A stretch of 64,000 nt of DNA from Rhodosorus marinus CCMP1338 (GCA_029953675.1 JAMWBK010000001.1:1240001-1304000); one strand, 5' to 3'. Counted from the first letter of the stretch, positions 11,091 through 23,258 are shown. Notes: generated by a model from the letters alone, not told the origin. Numbers and translations: made by a program.

Positions 11091-12321
11091 CAGAACAACG
11101 ATTAGAGTATTTCCAGTACTAGTATCTGAAGTTTAGTACTTCCTTGGGACGGACAGATTTCGATGAATTCGATCGGGGATCTCGAAGAAGACGGTCATAA
11201 ATTGAAATTCCGTCGGGGAGTAGTATCAGTAGACTACAGGAAGAGGAGGACGAAGAAAAAGGATACAAAACAAATGTCAGATTTTGGACAAAGGATTCCA
11301 AGTGTTCGGGAGGATACTGAACGCGGCAATATCCGCGGTGCGACGAGTTCAAGAATAAGCTGAGCTGCAAGTGTTGCGTACAGGTAGGTCCAGCGCTTGG
11401 GCAGGTCAAAGGGGTGACTTCCGCTACCGATGAAAACTCGCACCCGTGTTGGAAAAAATACCGCTTTAGGTCGAGAGACATGTTCCAAAGTATCTTTTAC
11501 CCTCTAGCCCTTAATGATTTGCTGCTATTCCAGGAGCGCGCAACAATTGAACCCGACGGTTCCCTAACCCGCACCTGCAAGAGTCTGGGTTCTTCTCAAC
11601 AGCGTGCTCCAATTCCACAATCACTCACTCACACACATACACACTCTCTTTCTCTTTCTCTCCCTCGGCACACTTGTTTTTTTCACACAATGGATAAAAA
11701 CATCCTCTCGATCGTATCCTATCTCTCCTGATCCCCCTCCCGCCCCTACACTCTGCCTCTGCCTCTGCCTCTGCCTCTGCCTCTCCACCATTTGCCAGGG
11801 AGAGAAAATTTGCTCACCTCGCAAAGAAGCTAACGGATAATCAATCCAGAAATTAATTCATTCGATATTCAGCGAACAGATTAGATCTTCCAGTTTAGGG
11901 AATTTATTCGACTATTTTGCTCGCCGTGCAAATAGATTGAACAAATAAATGATTGAGTACAATTTTTATTTATATTTTTTTGACTGAACTTACTTCGTTC
12001 TTAACGATATATTTATGACTAATTTGCTCACCGTCAACAATATTTTGACTGAATAGATTTGTTTGTTTCTGTTTTATTGGTAATATTTTGACTGACATTT
12101 GTCGTGAAAGTCCGGCCAATCGGCACTGTTGGACGTCGTCTTCAAGCGAACACGATGGATTCCGGGGGTCCTGGACGGTATGATAAACACGAAAAGGGTC
12201 TTATATGATCTCTGTACGTCCTCGTATTTGGTTTTTAGGATGAGTTGCGGGCGTTGGAGCAAACTGGAATGAACTACGGGACTTCTTTATCCGCTGCCGG
12301 TTGCAGATTGGGGCTAAAGAA

Positions 12322-12770
12322 GGTTACATCGCAGCGAACGTTTCTGGCTGACTGGAGAACCCACTGGTTCCTGTTTTTTCTTTTGAACGTAGCATGAGAC
12401 CCCGGTAGCGGGGTTGTTGTGAGTGATTCCCTAGATAGCAATCGGCTTAGTGTTACGTCGCATTAGGCGACTGCCCAATAAAGCTCACGGTTACATCGCA
12501 GCGAACGTTTCTGGCTGACTAACGATATGGTTTAAACAGGATCCTATGGCAGGGCAACGCGGCGATTGCGCTTGGCGCTCTACGTGCGGACCAGTTGGAG
12601 AACCCACTGGTTCCTGTTTTTTCTTTTGAACGTAGCATGAGACCCCGGTAGCGGGGTTGTTGTGAGTGATTCCCTAGATAGCAATCGGCTTAGTGTTACG
12701 TCGCATTAGGCGACTGCCCAATAAAGCTCACGGTTACATCGCAGCGAACGTTTCTGGCTGACTAACGATA
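12322..12770. repeat. Local direct repeat (about 170 bp x2, with a 32-bp terminal unit x3); partial third copy at about 46868-46952 on the minus strand
   Basis: GGAGAACCCACTGG...CAATAAAGCTCACGGTTACATCGCAGCGAACGTTTCTGGCTGACT occurs twice; absent from the homologous flank of cupin copy 2. Confidence 0.85.
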
Positions 12771-13227
12771 TGTGTTTCTACCTCCAGGACATCCTATATC
12801 CGGTTCGCGCGATAACATTCTAATGTAAGCAAAATTCTCGACAGCCCGGACTCCGCATTTTGCACTTCCTGTTCCCAGTACTTTCTCGACAACGTGCACC
12901 AAAATCCGTTTCTCATCATCAGTCAGGCCCAGTTGAAATCAGGGCAAATAAACGCTGACTGCTGCTTGTTCTTGGCCAGCTGCACAACTTGGGCATGTTG
13001 CGCGAAACAATGCTCGCAAAAAAAAGGGACTCGTAGCGGGGCTACTACGGTGCTCGGCCAAGGATTGACATTTCAACGATAGTTATTGACGCCTCTGCCC
13101 TCACCACAGATCTTAACACCCCCTTTGACTCAAGAGTCTGTACTTCTCGGTCTGAAAAAGGGCAAAACACGGTTTTGTGGGCGAGCTAGGCTTCGTTGAG
13201 GGAGGTCCTGGGGTCAACTTTGGCCGG

Positions 13228-13233
13228 TATAAG
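13228..13233 (+). promoter_or_regulatory. TATA-like box of cupin copy 1
   Basis: TATAAG about 120 nt upstream of the ATG; TATAAG/TATAAA at an equivalent distance (107-111 nt) in the other three paralogues (21305-21310, 27173-27178, 31859-31864, minus strand). Confidence 0.5.
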
Positions 13234-13355
13234 AAGGCCGAGATTATCTGAAGAGCCCTAGAGAGATGAGGAAGAGGATATCAATACAAGGTGACTAGTA
13301 AAAGAAGTAGGAATCAGAAGATCAATAGACTAGCACTTTACTAGCATAAAGCAAG

Positions 13356-14131
13356 ATGATGAAGATTGTGAGTGTTGTGGCGGTTCTGGCGGGACTGGCG
13401 TTGGCGGGAAGTTCGTTGACTGAGCTCGAGAAGCGTCAGGAATTTTCCGAGAAGGACTTTGTGTTTGACTTTAGTGAGGGACCGATGCAGCAGAACGGTA
13501 TTGGAACGACCTTGATCCCAGCTTTCCTCAACACCTTCCCGGTATTGAAGAAGCAGGGCGTTGCTGCTGCTCTCGTTAACATTGAGCCATGTGGAAGTAC
13601 GTGCTGCACAAATAGCCATGATCATGCACTCGAACCTGAGAATCCTCTGACTCTCTGTCTTTTTTCTCGATCGTAGTGAACAACCCGCACAATCACCCCC
13701 GCGCGACTGAATTCCTCTACCTCATCAAGGGCAGCAAGTTCGTCGTCGGATTCACTGAGGGTAAGAAAAACATCCTGAAACCTCGCTTCCAGTACCTCCA
13801 CCTAAAACCCGCAATCCTCTCGCGTCTACGACCCTCAGAGTTCCAGACCCGTACCCTCATCAACACCCTCAAGGCCGGGCAAGGGACGATCTTCCCACAG
13901 GGTCTACCGCACTTCCAGATTAACAACAGCTGCAAACCGGCACAATTCTTTGCAGCGCTCAGCAACGAGGACCCCGGAGCTGTCAACTTCCCCGACTCCA
14001 TCTACAACTTCCCGGACAACCTCCTCCAGACCATCTTCAGAGTCAACCAGCCCAGGATCGACAGGTTCCGTAACGACGCCATGATGAGAGAGATCTCCCG
14101 GGACTGCAGGAGGAGGTGTGGACTCAAATAG
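13356..14131 (+). CDS. Germin/spherulin-like cupin, copy 1 (exons 13356-13596, 13677-13760, 13839-14131; 205 aa)
   Basis: Signal peptide, then LEKR; germin box 1 GMNNPHNHPRATE formed across intron 1; box 2 GQGTIFPQGLPHFQIN; GT-AG introns of 80 and 78 nt restore one frame. Confidence 0.92.
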
Positions 14132-14429
14132 AAAGAGAGCCAAACTCAAATCGCAAAAGCAAGGTCCATACAAAGCCCATCCGCTTGCTTTCTCGCAGGA
14201 CGCTTTGAAGAACTCTGTTTGAAATAAACACAACAAAAGGCTAGGACAGCTGTCCTAGCTTCAAGGCATTTTTCTCCAAATCTGATCTGCCCAGGGGGAG
14301 TGCACGAAGAGGTAGCAACCTGTTACTAAAAGGTATCACCATGAATTTACGTATACGTCTGCTGATGAAAGCGCTCTGCTATATTTGCCCTACACAGTGA
14401 GATCTTGAGGGCTCGTGACGAATAGATTG

Positions 14430-14900
14430 TCACTCGTAAAGCCCCTCCACTGGTGGTTGTGTTCCACAACCTAGCTTTAAGCGCTACGCAGGGCGTATGC
14501 GAACTAACTACTAGCATCAAAAAAAGCGTACGAGCCAAGACGGCGGTGAAGAGCCTCGGCTAGCATATTGCTGGAATATCGCCATAGAGCGACACTGAAT
14601 CTCCCCCCCCCCCCGCTCCCCCACCCCCGCGGAGTAGGAGTCAAGATAATCGACGGGATGGTCAGTGAAACATTTGCGAAGCCACTACAAGCTTGAATTT
14701 TCAAGGCGATCAACGCATTCCAAAGTGAAGGGCTGAAACTTTTGCCCCCTGACCTCAGCGCGGGGGAGACTGCTTATGATCTCGACATATCGACGTTCTC
14801 CCAGTCTCTCATAAGGAACGACAAGTTCCCAGGCATTGAGACACAGAGCGAGATGCTAGGAGCATGGAGATAGTCATTGGGGCTTACTTGGTTTTTTCAT
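14430..14900 (-). mobile_element. Family C (A-related) RLE 3' fragment, degenerate
   Basis: RRYVEIISSLPRAEVRGQKFQPFTLEC...WLRKCFTDHP; 3' end TACGCCCTGCGTAGCGCT...CAACCACCAGTGGAGGGGC shared with 17720-18160. Confidence 0.8.
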
Positions 14901-15175
14901 ATGCTTTCCAGCGCACGCCAGAGGAGGGGCTTGATGAAGCCCTATAGTGGTGGAAGAAAAATACGCCGAATTATTTTCAATTGCGGGCACTACGTACGAC
15001 GCAAGTGACCGACCAATGCATGTTCTGCACGTGTTTCACCAGGTGCAATTGCGAGACAGTGTTGCATGTGGAAGTGTGGACGTGTTGGACATGGCGCACG
15101 CGAAATCAAAGCCTCTTTCGGGTGAGGAAGAAATAGGGCATTTCAAGCGTAGCTGCCACTTTATGACTGGCTTTA

Positions 15176-15302
15176 TTAGCATAGCCTAAAGCGCTACGCA
15201 AACCGTGAAAAGCAACTAAGAACTAGGTAGGGGAGCGTGCAAACCCAGGCGTTGATGGCGCGCCTCGGCAATCATGCTGCTCGAATATCGCCACAGAGAG
15301 AC
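15176..15302 (-). mobile_element. Family A 3'-terminal fragment
   Basis: Reverse complement of CTGTGGCGATATTCGAGCAGCATG...TTCACGGTTTGCGTAGCGCTTTAGGCTATGCTAAT. Confidence 0.9.
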
Positions 15303-15349
15303 GAATCCATATGAAGAAGGGCAAACGCCGCGAAGCTAGTACAACCAAG

Positions 15350-16678
15350 CGTAGCGCTTCAGGCTATGCTAGTAAAGCCGCCGTGGATTCGGCGTCGCAG
15401 ACCGTGGGCTGGTATGCTCGCCAGCGGCGGTTGCCTCCTGGGCTACCGCGCTGCGAACGTTGGTGACCTTCCAGATGCGAAGTGCCTGCCTCTTGGCTCG
15501 AGCTTTGACCAACGAGGATCCAGTGAGCCTGCCGCCCCCGCTTTTGACAATTTATGATGGTCTTCAACACGCGTTCAGGAGGTGCAACGCCGTGCCGGAC
15601 GCAAATCGGTCCCGCTTTCGTTCCTGGAGGGAGCTGTTATGGGGACGAGCTGAAGCGATTGAGGATTGTCCCCTCGACCGAGTTCTTGCCGATGACGGAG
15701 AGGCTAGCCCCGGGTCCCCTGTTGCAGACTACCCGGGTTTGAGCCGATTGTGGAGCTCCCGCGCTGATGTGATTCAACATAGCCGCACCTGGGGCCAACA
15801 CAGTGCCGCTCACACAGTCATGCTCAATTCTCCTCTCACGCCGCCTACCACTGCCGCTCGTCTCCGCGGCATGGGAGGCCACCTCTCGCACTTGTGGTTA
15901 ACCACTCTACCGTCGTCATTGAGTCATCGTCTCGATGCTTTCCAGTTCCGTTCTGCCGCACGGATCTATCTCGGTTTGCCACAGGCTCCGTGGCACTCTA
16001 ATCGGCCGCCTTTCTGTCAGGGATGTGAGAGCCGGATTGACGCTTGTGGCTACCACTTCCTGGGTTCCTGCGGACTGTTGCGAGGTCTCCGTACGAGGCG
16101 TCACACTCGCCTCAAGTACATCCTCAGCGAATTTTTGACTCGGATAGGGCATACGGTTGAGGTTGAGTCGGAACTGCCCAGATCCATCTCGGACTCTGCA
16201 CCGCCCCGTTGTATAGCCGATCTCCTCGTCTCCGACGCTGCTGCCAGACGCTCAACATATGTGGACCTTGCGATTACCTGCCCCGTGGCCAGCGCCCACC
16301 TCACCGCAGCCGCCCGCCGCCGGGGGGCCGCGGCTTCAGCCCTTCGAAGAGTTAAGGAACGACGGTATGCTGAGAGCATGGCCAGTCTGCCTTGCGCTGA
16401 GGGTCGCTTTCACCGGTTCCAGCCATTCATTGTGGAAAGCTTTGGTCACGTCGATAAGTCGGGTTTAGAGTGGTTGCGGAAATGTTTTGCTGAGCATCCT
16501 ACTCAATATTTGGCACTCTTGAGGCGTTTAAGTGTCTCCCTTTGGCGATATTCCAGCGACATGCTTTCCGAGGCGCGCCATCGGCGCCTGGGGTTGCATG
16601 CTTCCCTCCCTAGTTATTAGTTCATCTTCACGCCTTGCGTAGCGCTTCAGGCTATGCTAGTAAAGTCCAGTAAAGTCC
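15350..16678 (+). mobile_element. Family A 5'-truncated copy with intact 386-codon C-terminal ORF (15460-16620) and 12-bp TSD
   Basis: TSD AGTACAACCAAG at 15338-15349 and 16679-16690; knuckle CQGCESRIDACGYHFLGSC; RLE ADLLV...YVDLAI...KERRY; tail (AGTAAAGTCC)2. Confidence 0.93.
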
Positions 16679-16759
16679 AGTACAACCAAGGCGGGGAAAG
16701 ACAGAAAACGGTGCGGACGACGCGTTTAGAGTGGCGCGTACGCACTTCTATCAATTGGA

Positions 16760-17100
16760 GACGCGGGTGGTGAAGAGGACCTGATCGTGGATAGGAGGGC
16801 GTCCGTACACGTCTTCAGTAGTCCGACTTTCTTTGACTCCATGAACCCAGTGCAGAAGAAAAGGTCCTGCTGGCGGACAAACGTAAGGTAACATACACCC
16901 ACGAGGGAACCCTCTTTTTCGATGTTGGCACCAAGTACTGGGTGCGTAGATTGGGATTAACAAAGGCGTAATTCTCGCCAGCGCTAATGAGCAATTACGT
17001 GTCCGCCTGAAGCTAGCCGAAAAAGGATGCCGGTGTTCGACGCCACAGGAGGACGGATCCTGGACGAAAAGGTCATAAATGCACCGTGTACGATGAATAC
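16760..17100 (+). mobile_element. Ty1/copia pol (protease region) remnant
   Basis: Frameshifted DLIVDRRASVHVFSSPTFFDSMNPVQKKR.LLADKRKVTYTHEGTLFFDVG...FSPALMSNYVS resembles the copia DSGAS.H...F...V.lAdG...G...P.L..NliS pattern. Confidence 0.55.
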
Positions 17101-17719
17101 GATTTATAATTTTGCGCTCCGGGAGAGGTAACGACTATAGGCACCCATATCAACCAGAGATCCATCAGCTCAATGTCGGAACGTATGATTCACCCTCCTT
17201 TGAGTAGTCTGTAAGCAGCGACCTTGATCACTGCGCGTGTGTTGAGTGCGCAATAACTGGCGGGAAACGTATCTCTGACAACTCCTGCGTCGCCGTTGAA
17301 GACTTTGTTTGTGCCCTGGAACCGTAAGAAAATGAGGTAACCCTACAGAACATCTTCAAGCTCCTAACACCTCCCCATCGGTCTCAATCATTACGAGATG
17401 GAGATTGATATTAGGGGCGCTGTTTTTGCCAACATTGCTCAGACGCACAGTGCGTGGCCTACCCCGAAGTGGAAAGATGCAGCGAACACGCCAATTCCGA
17501 CGCGAATTGCCCCCCGGCCCAGGTAAAAACCGTAGTCAACGATACACTCGATAGGTGAAGAAAACGAAAAGGCTTTAATCACCTGTGCCAACGGGTGACC
17601 CATAGGTCTAGTGGGCAAACGTAAGACTCAACCTCCTTTGAAGAGATTTTCACATCCTCCGCTTTAATGGTAGCTGCGAAAACAATGCGGATATTTTTTG
17701 TGCTCTGTAGAGCAACATA

Positions 17720-18160
17720 AGAAAACCCAAGTAGACCCCAGTGACCCTCTCCAAGCTCCTTACATCTCGCTCTCGATCTCAATGCCTGGGAACTTGTCGT
17801 TCCTTATGAGGGACTGAGAGAACGACGATATGTCGAGTACATGACCAGCCTGTCCGCGCTGAGGGCAGGGGGCAACGTTTCCGCCATTCGTTTTGGAACG
17901 CTTTGGTCACCTTGTCAAGTCAAGCTTGCACTTGCTTCGCAAATGTATCATTGACCATTCTGCCGATTATCCAGTACTCCTATTCCGGTTTCAGTGTTGC
18001 TCTATGGCGATATTCTAGCAGCATGCTAGCGGAGGCTCGTCACCGCCGTCTTGGATCGCCCGACTTTTGATGCTACTAGCTAGTTCACATTACGTCCTGC
18101 GTAGCGCGTGAGGTTAGTTTGTGAAAGCACAACCACCACTGGAGGGGCCTTTTGAGGGAC
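17720..18160 (+). mobile_element. Family C RLE 3' fragment, degenerate
   Basis: CATCTCGCTCT..TCTCAATGCCTGGGAACTTGTCGTTCCTTATGAG shared with the reverse complement of 14800-14860; CTATGGCGATATTCTAGCAGCATGCTAGC. Confidence 0.8.
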
Positions 18161-18171
18161 AATGTAGCAAT

Positions 18172-20110
18172 TAATAGCATAGCCTGAAGGGCTACGCAAG
18201 GCGTGAAAAGGAACTAAGAACTAGGGAGGGATGCGTGCAAACCCAGGCGCCGATGGCGCGCCTCGGCAAGCATGCTGCTAGAATTCCGCCACACGGCGGC
18301 ACACAAACGCCGTAAAAGCGCCAAGTACTCAGTGGGATGCTCAGCGAAACATTTCCGCAACCATTCTAAACCCGACTTATCCACATGACCAAAGCTTTTC
18401 CACAATGAAAGGCTGGAACCGGTGGGAGCGACCCTCGGCGTAGGGCAGACTGGCCATGCTCTCAGCATACTGTCGTTGCTTCACTCGTCGAAGAGCCGAA
18501 GCGGCTGCCCCTCGGCGGCGGGCGGCAGCCGTGAGATGGGCGCTCGTCACAGGGTATGTAATCACGAGGTCAACATATGCTGAGCGTCGGGCAGCAGGGT
18601 CTGATACAAGAAGATCTGCGATACAGCGTGGCGGCGCCGTGTCCGAGACCGATCTGGGTAGTTCCGATTCCACCTCAACCGTATGCCCTACCCGAGTTAA
18701 ACATTCGCTTAGGATGTACTTGAGACGAGTGTGGCGCCTAGTGCGGAGACCTCGCAACAGTCCGCATGCACCCAAGAAGTGATAGCCACAAGCGTCAATC
18801 CGGCTCTCACATCCGTGACAGAAAGACGGCCGATTAGAGTGCCACGGGGTTTGTGCCAAACCTAAGTTGATCCGTGCGGCGCAGCGGAACTGGAAGGCAT
18901 CGAGACGGTGACCCGGCGACGAAGGCAGAGTGGTTAACCACAGGTGCGAGAGATGGCCTCCCATGCCTCGAAGGCGATCGGCGGTGGTAGGCGGTGTGAG
19001 GGGAGAGTTGAGTAAGATTGCGTGAGCGGGACTGTGTTGGCCCAGGTGAGGCTATGTTGAATCACATCAGTTCGGGAGCTCCTCAACCGGCTCAGATCTG
19101 GGTAATCTGCAACAGGTGACCCGGGTCTAGCTTCTCCCTCATCGGCAAGAACTCTGTCAATGGGTGAGTCCTCAATCGCCTCAGTTCGTCCCCATAGCAG
19201 TTCCCGCCAGGAGCGAAAACGGGATCGATTCTCGTCCGACACGGCGTTGCACTTCCGGAACGCCTGTTGTAGACCATCATAGATCGTCAAAAGCTGGGGC
19301 GAAAGGGTCACTGGGTCCTCCCTAGTCAGTGCTCGAGCCAAAATTCAGGCACTTTGTATCTGGAAAGTCACCAAGGTACGGAGCGCGGTTGCCCAGGAGG
19401 CGACCGCCGCAGGCGAGCAGACGAGTCCCCGATCTGCGACACCAAATCCCCCTAAACGCAACGGTAGAGCGAACTGGGCACGACTTAAGTCCCTGTCGGG
19501 AGCCGCTTCAAGATCGAGGGGTTTATCCAAGAGCGTGCCCCAATGGTTCAGCGTCATCTCGTCGGCCTTGGCGGCGATCCACGAACCCCAGTCGGGTGGT
19601 AGCTACGCAACCAGTAGTTGAGTCGGGGACCGGCACAAAAGCGGGAAAGCAAGCAGGCCGATTGCAGCATGCTGTCTGTAAGGCGCTCAATGGCGTCAGT
19701 GAGCTGCTTGTGCCGAGTCAAAACTCGTTCTGAAGAGACTTGGACAAAGTTGTTGCTTCCGAAACCGACGCCGTGGTGCCCCAACACTTCACGTTCGCCA
19801 ATGGTTCGTAGATTAGATGGCAGACAGGCCGTCGAAACTTCACTTGGAGCGAGAAAACGACACTTTCCGGGTTCCACCGTCAGACCTACTCCACGTGCAA
19901 TCGCTTCGATCTGGGTCAACCCCCGAGCCAGGGTTTCAGGGGCGCCCAGCAAGGTCACGTCGTCGTGATAGGCGTAGATACGAAGAGCCGGCACCTTAGT
20001 CGCGAGACGCAATAGAACGAGCTGCAAGGCACACGCATGAAGTAGAGGCCCACAAGGATCGCCTTGTTGGACGCCAGTATGTGCTTGGAGAACAGCGAAA
20101 ACAACCATGT
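18172..20110 (-). mobile_element. Family A copy with RT, knuckle and RLE; frameshifted
   Basis: GVQQGDPCGPLLHACALQ...AYHDDVTLLG...KC (RT); LPLRLGGFGVAD; CHGC...GYHFLGAC; ADLLV...YVDLVI; family 3' end at about 18172-18215. Confidence 0.92.
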
Positions 20111-20408
20111 ATTTGCATTTGCCAATATCGCCCAAGCTCTCTCTGTGACGGCCAAACCTGGCAAAACGCTTTCAACAGCAGATGTATACGTAAATTAATG
20201 GTGATCCCTTTTAGTAACAGTTTGCTACCTCTTCGTGCACTCCCTCTGGGCGGATCAGATTTGGAGAAAAATGCCTTGAAGCTAGGACAGCTGTCCTAGC
20301 CTTTTGTTGTGTTTATTTCAAACAGAGTTCTTCAAAGCATCCTCCGAAAAAGCAAGCGGATGGGTTTTGTATGGACCTTGCTTTTGAGATTTGAGTTTGG
20401 CTCTCTTT

Positions 20409-21198
20409 CTATTCGAGTCCACACCTCCTCCTGCAGTCCCGAGAGATCTCTCTCATCATGGCGTCGTTACGGAACCTGTCGATCCTGGGCTGGTTGACTC
20501 TGAAGATGGTCTGGAGGAGGTTGTCCGGGAAGTTGTAGATGGAGTCGGGGAAATTGACAGCTCCGGGGTCCTCGTTGCTGAGCGCTGCAAAGAATTGTGC
20601 CGGTTTGCAGCTGTTGTTAATCTGGAAGTGCGGCAGACCCTGTGGGAATATCGTCCCTTGTCCGGCCTTGAGAGTGTTGATGAGGGTACGGGTCTGGAAC
20701 TCTGAGGGTCGTAGACGCGAGAGGATTGCGGGTTTTAGGTGGAGGTAGTGGAAGCGAGGTTTCAGGATGTTTTTCTTACCCTCAGTAAATCCGACGACGA
20801 ACTTGCTGCCCTTGATGAGGTAGAGGAATTCAGTCGCGCGGGGGTGATTGTGCGGGTTGTTCACTACGATCGAGAAAAAAAACAGAGAGAGAGAGAGAGA
20901 TAGTCATATGATTCTCAGATTCGAGTGCATGATCATGGCTATTTGTGCAGCACGTACTTCCACATGGCTCAATGTTAGCCAGAGCAGCAGCAACGCCCTG
21001 CTTCTTCAATACCGGGAAGGTGTTGAGGAAAGCTGGGATCAAGGTCGTTCCAATACCGTTCTGCAGCATCGGTCCCTCACTAAAGTCAAACACAAAGTCC
21101 TTCTCGGAGAATTCCTGACGCTTCTCGAGCTCAGTCAACGAACTTCCCGCCAACGCCAGTCCCACCAGAACCGCCACAACACTCACAATCTTCATCAT
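20409..21198 (-). CDS. Germin/spherulin-like cupin, copy 2 (exons 21198-20958, 20863-20780, 20701-20409)
   Basis: Same exon sizes as copy 1 (241/84/293 nt); introns 94 and 78 nt; germin boxes intact. Confidence 0.92.
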
Positions 21199-22254
21199 CT
21201 TGCTTTAGTCTATTGATCTTCTGATTCTTACTTCTTTTACTAGTCACCTTGTATTGATATCCTCTTCCTCATCTCTCTAGAGCTCTTCAGATAATCTCGG
21301 CCTTCTTATACAGGCCAAAGTTGACCCCAGGACCTCCCTCAACGAAGCCTAGTTCGCCCACAAAACTCTGTTTTGCCCCTTTTCAGACCGAAAAGTACAG
21401 ACTCTGAGCCAACGCGGATGTTAAGATCTGTGGTGAGGGCAGAAGCGTCATTATCGTTCATTTGAATGTCAATCCTTGCCCGAGCACCGTTGCCAGTCCC
21501 TCTTTTTTCCGGAGCATTATTTGCACAACATGCCCAAGTTGTGCAGCTAGCGAAGAGGTGGCCGCTGTCAGCATTTATTTGCCCTGGTTTGAACGGGACG
21601 TGGCTGATGAGGAGAAACGGATTTTGCTGCATGTTGGGGAAGTAGGTGAGGGGAACACAGGAGGTGCAAATTGTCGGACTCAGGTCTGTGGAGAATTTTG
21701 CCTAATTGGGATGTGATCGCGGGAACTGAATATAGGATTTCCTGAGGTCAAAAGCAATTATGATTATTAAAACAGAAACGGCAGTTGCTTGTAGCCTTCC
21801 CTAGCCCCAATCCGCAAACAGTGACGGCGAAAGAAGCTCCATGGTTCATTCCAGCTTTTACCAGCGCCAGCGCCCGTAATTCACCCTAAAAACTAAATGC
21901 CAGGACGATCAAATGAACCCTTTTTTGTGTTTATCATGCCATCCAGTACCCCTAAAATCCACCCCCTTCGCTTCAAAGACGCTGTACAACTCAGTTTGGG
22001 CTTTTCGCGGGGGTCAGGGTCAAAGTTGTCAGTCAAAGCAAAAGCAATAAAACAGAAACAAATAGACCCATTCAGTCAAAATATCATCACCCCGGCGAGC
22101 AAATTGAGCGCTATAATATCGTTAAGCACTAATAAGTTCAGTCAAAACTACCTTGAAAATAAAAAATTAAAATTATATTCAATCAGTTTTTGCCTAAGAC
22201 GTTTGCACGGTGAGCAAAATAGTTAAATAAATACTATGAAATCGAAGACTTAGA

Positions 22255-23258
22255 ACGAATGGTTTAATCGGAGGCTGAAAAAAAAAACTCCGAGGGGAAA
22301 AAAAGACTAAGCGAACGAATGGTTTAATCGGAGGCTGAAAAAAAAAACCCCGAGGGGAAAAAAAGACTAAGCGCGGCGAAGTACTCGCGCCTCCAACATC
22401 AAAGCGGCATTCATGCGCCACAGCAGGAAACTTAAGCGGGTAAACAACGATTGAAGACGGTCAGGGCGTTCGCGGAACAACTCCCGAAGCCAGCGAGAAC
22501 CAACAGAGTCCATGAACCCAAAGCACTCAATGATCAGGGGTACCAAGCGATGTGCTAGTGCCGAAGCACGAACACCAGGGGAAGACAAAGCCCCCGCGTA
22601 TTTGATCTCTTTGCGGCGTCTCATGCTGGCGGCGGCAGATCCACGGCGCTCCCCCGCAGCCGGGAGATAACGACTAGCTTGAGGGTTAGGAACAGCAAGA
22701 TCAACATATGTGGTACGGCGGCTGTCGTCACAGGTGATCACCAGGTCGGCTACACGGCGTTCATCATTTTGAAAGTCCGCGACGGGTAAAGGTTTCTCAC
22801 GTTCGATTTCCAGACCGGCTTGCCGGACTATAGGCCGAAGTTCCCCGTATAACAGGTTCAAGATCCGTGTGTGGCGGCGGGTTCGAGCACCTTTCACCGC
22901 CGGGCAACTAGCGAGCAGGTGGGCGCCAAAATCTGCGTTGTCTTCAGTCTGAGAGCAGAGAGGGCACGACGAACCCATCTCGTACGGCCAAGGGGGCTGA
23001 TGTAAGCCGAGGTATAAGCGCAGTGAAGTACGCACTTCGATATCCGACAGTTTGAGTGGCGGAAAGGCTGGTACGGTCATGAGCCACTGAGAGCTAATAA
23101 CCCCTCCAAGACTACGTAGGCGGGCGCGAGCGCGAGAAGATGAGACCATCTGCGCGAGGAGTCGGCCATATGCAGCACGGTGCAAGTCCCAAGAAAGGAT
23201 ATTTTGCAGCGCATCCGTGCGTGAGGGGAAAAAAAGACTAAGCGCGGCGAAGTACTCG
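22255..23258 (-). mobile_element. Family B CRE-like retrotransposon, 5'-truncated, intact knuckle + RLE frame, 12-bp TSD
   Basis: TSD CGAAGACTTAGA at 22243-22254 and 23259-23270; CPLC...GAHLLASC...RRHT; ADLVI...YVDLAV...RRKEIKY...PLIIECFG; 3' UTR duplicated in tandem. Confidence 0.93.

Larger units (their letters stand above)
11350..14376 (+). repeat. About 3-kb segment duplicated in inverted orientation at about 20163-23810, containing the cupin gene and its flanks
   Basis: Shared landmarks on the opposite strand: GAGACATGTTCCAAAGTATC, CCCTAACCCGCACCTGCAAGAGT, the (CTCTGC)n tract, the promoter, the gene, and the 3' flank GTGCACGAAGAGGTAGCAA. Confidence 0.85.

Noticed and set aside
13761-13838. 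Stop-free in-frame intron 2 in cupin copies 1, 2 and 4 as possible intron retention or a coding insert
   Set aside because: The same intron is 76 nt in copy 3, which breaks the frame; removing it restores normal germin spacing. Short 3n stop-free introns occur by chance.
14359-14376. CTGATGA hammerhead-like cores (also about 5160, 21604, 49817)
   Set aside because: None is followed by a stem II plus GAAA with compatible stems I and III.
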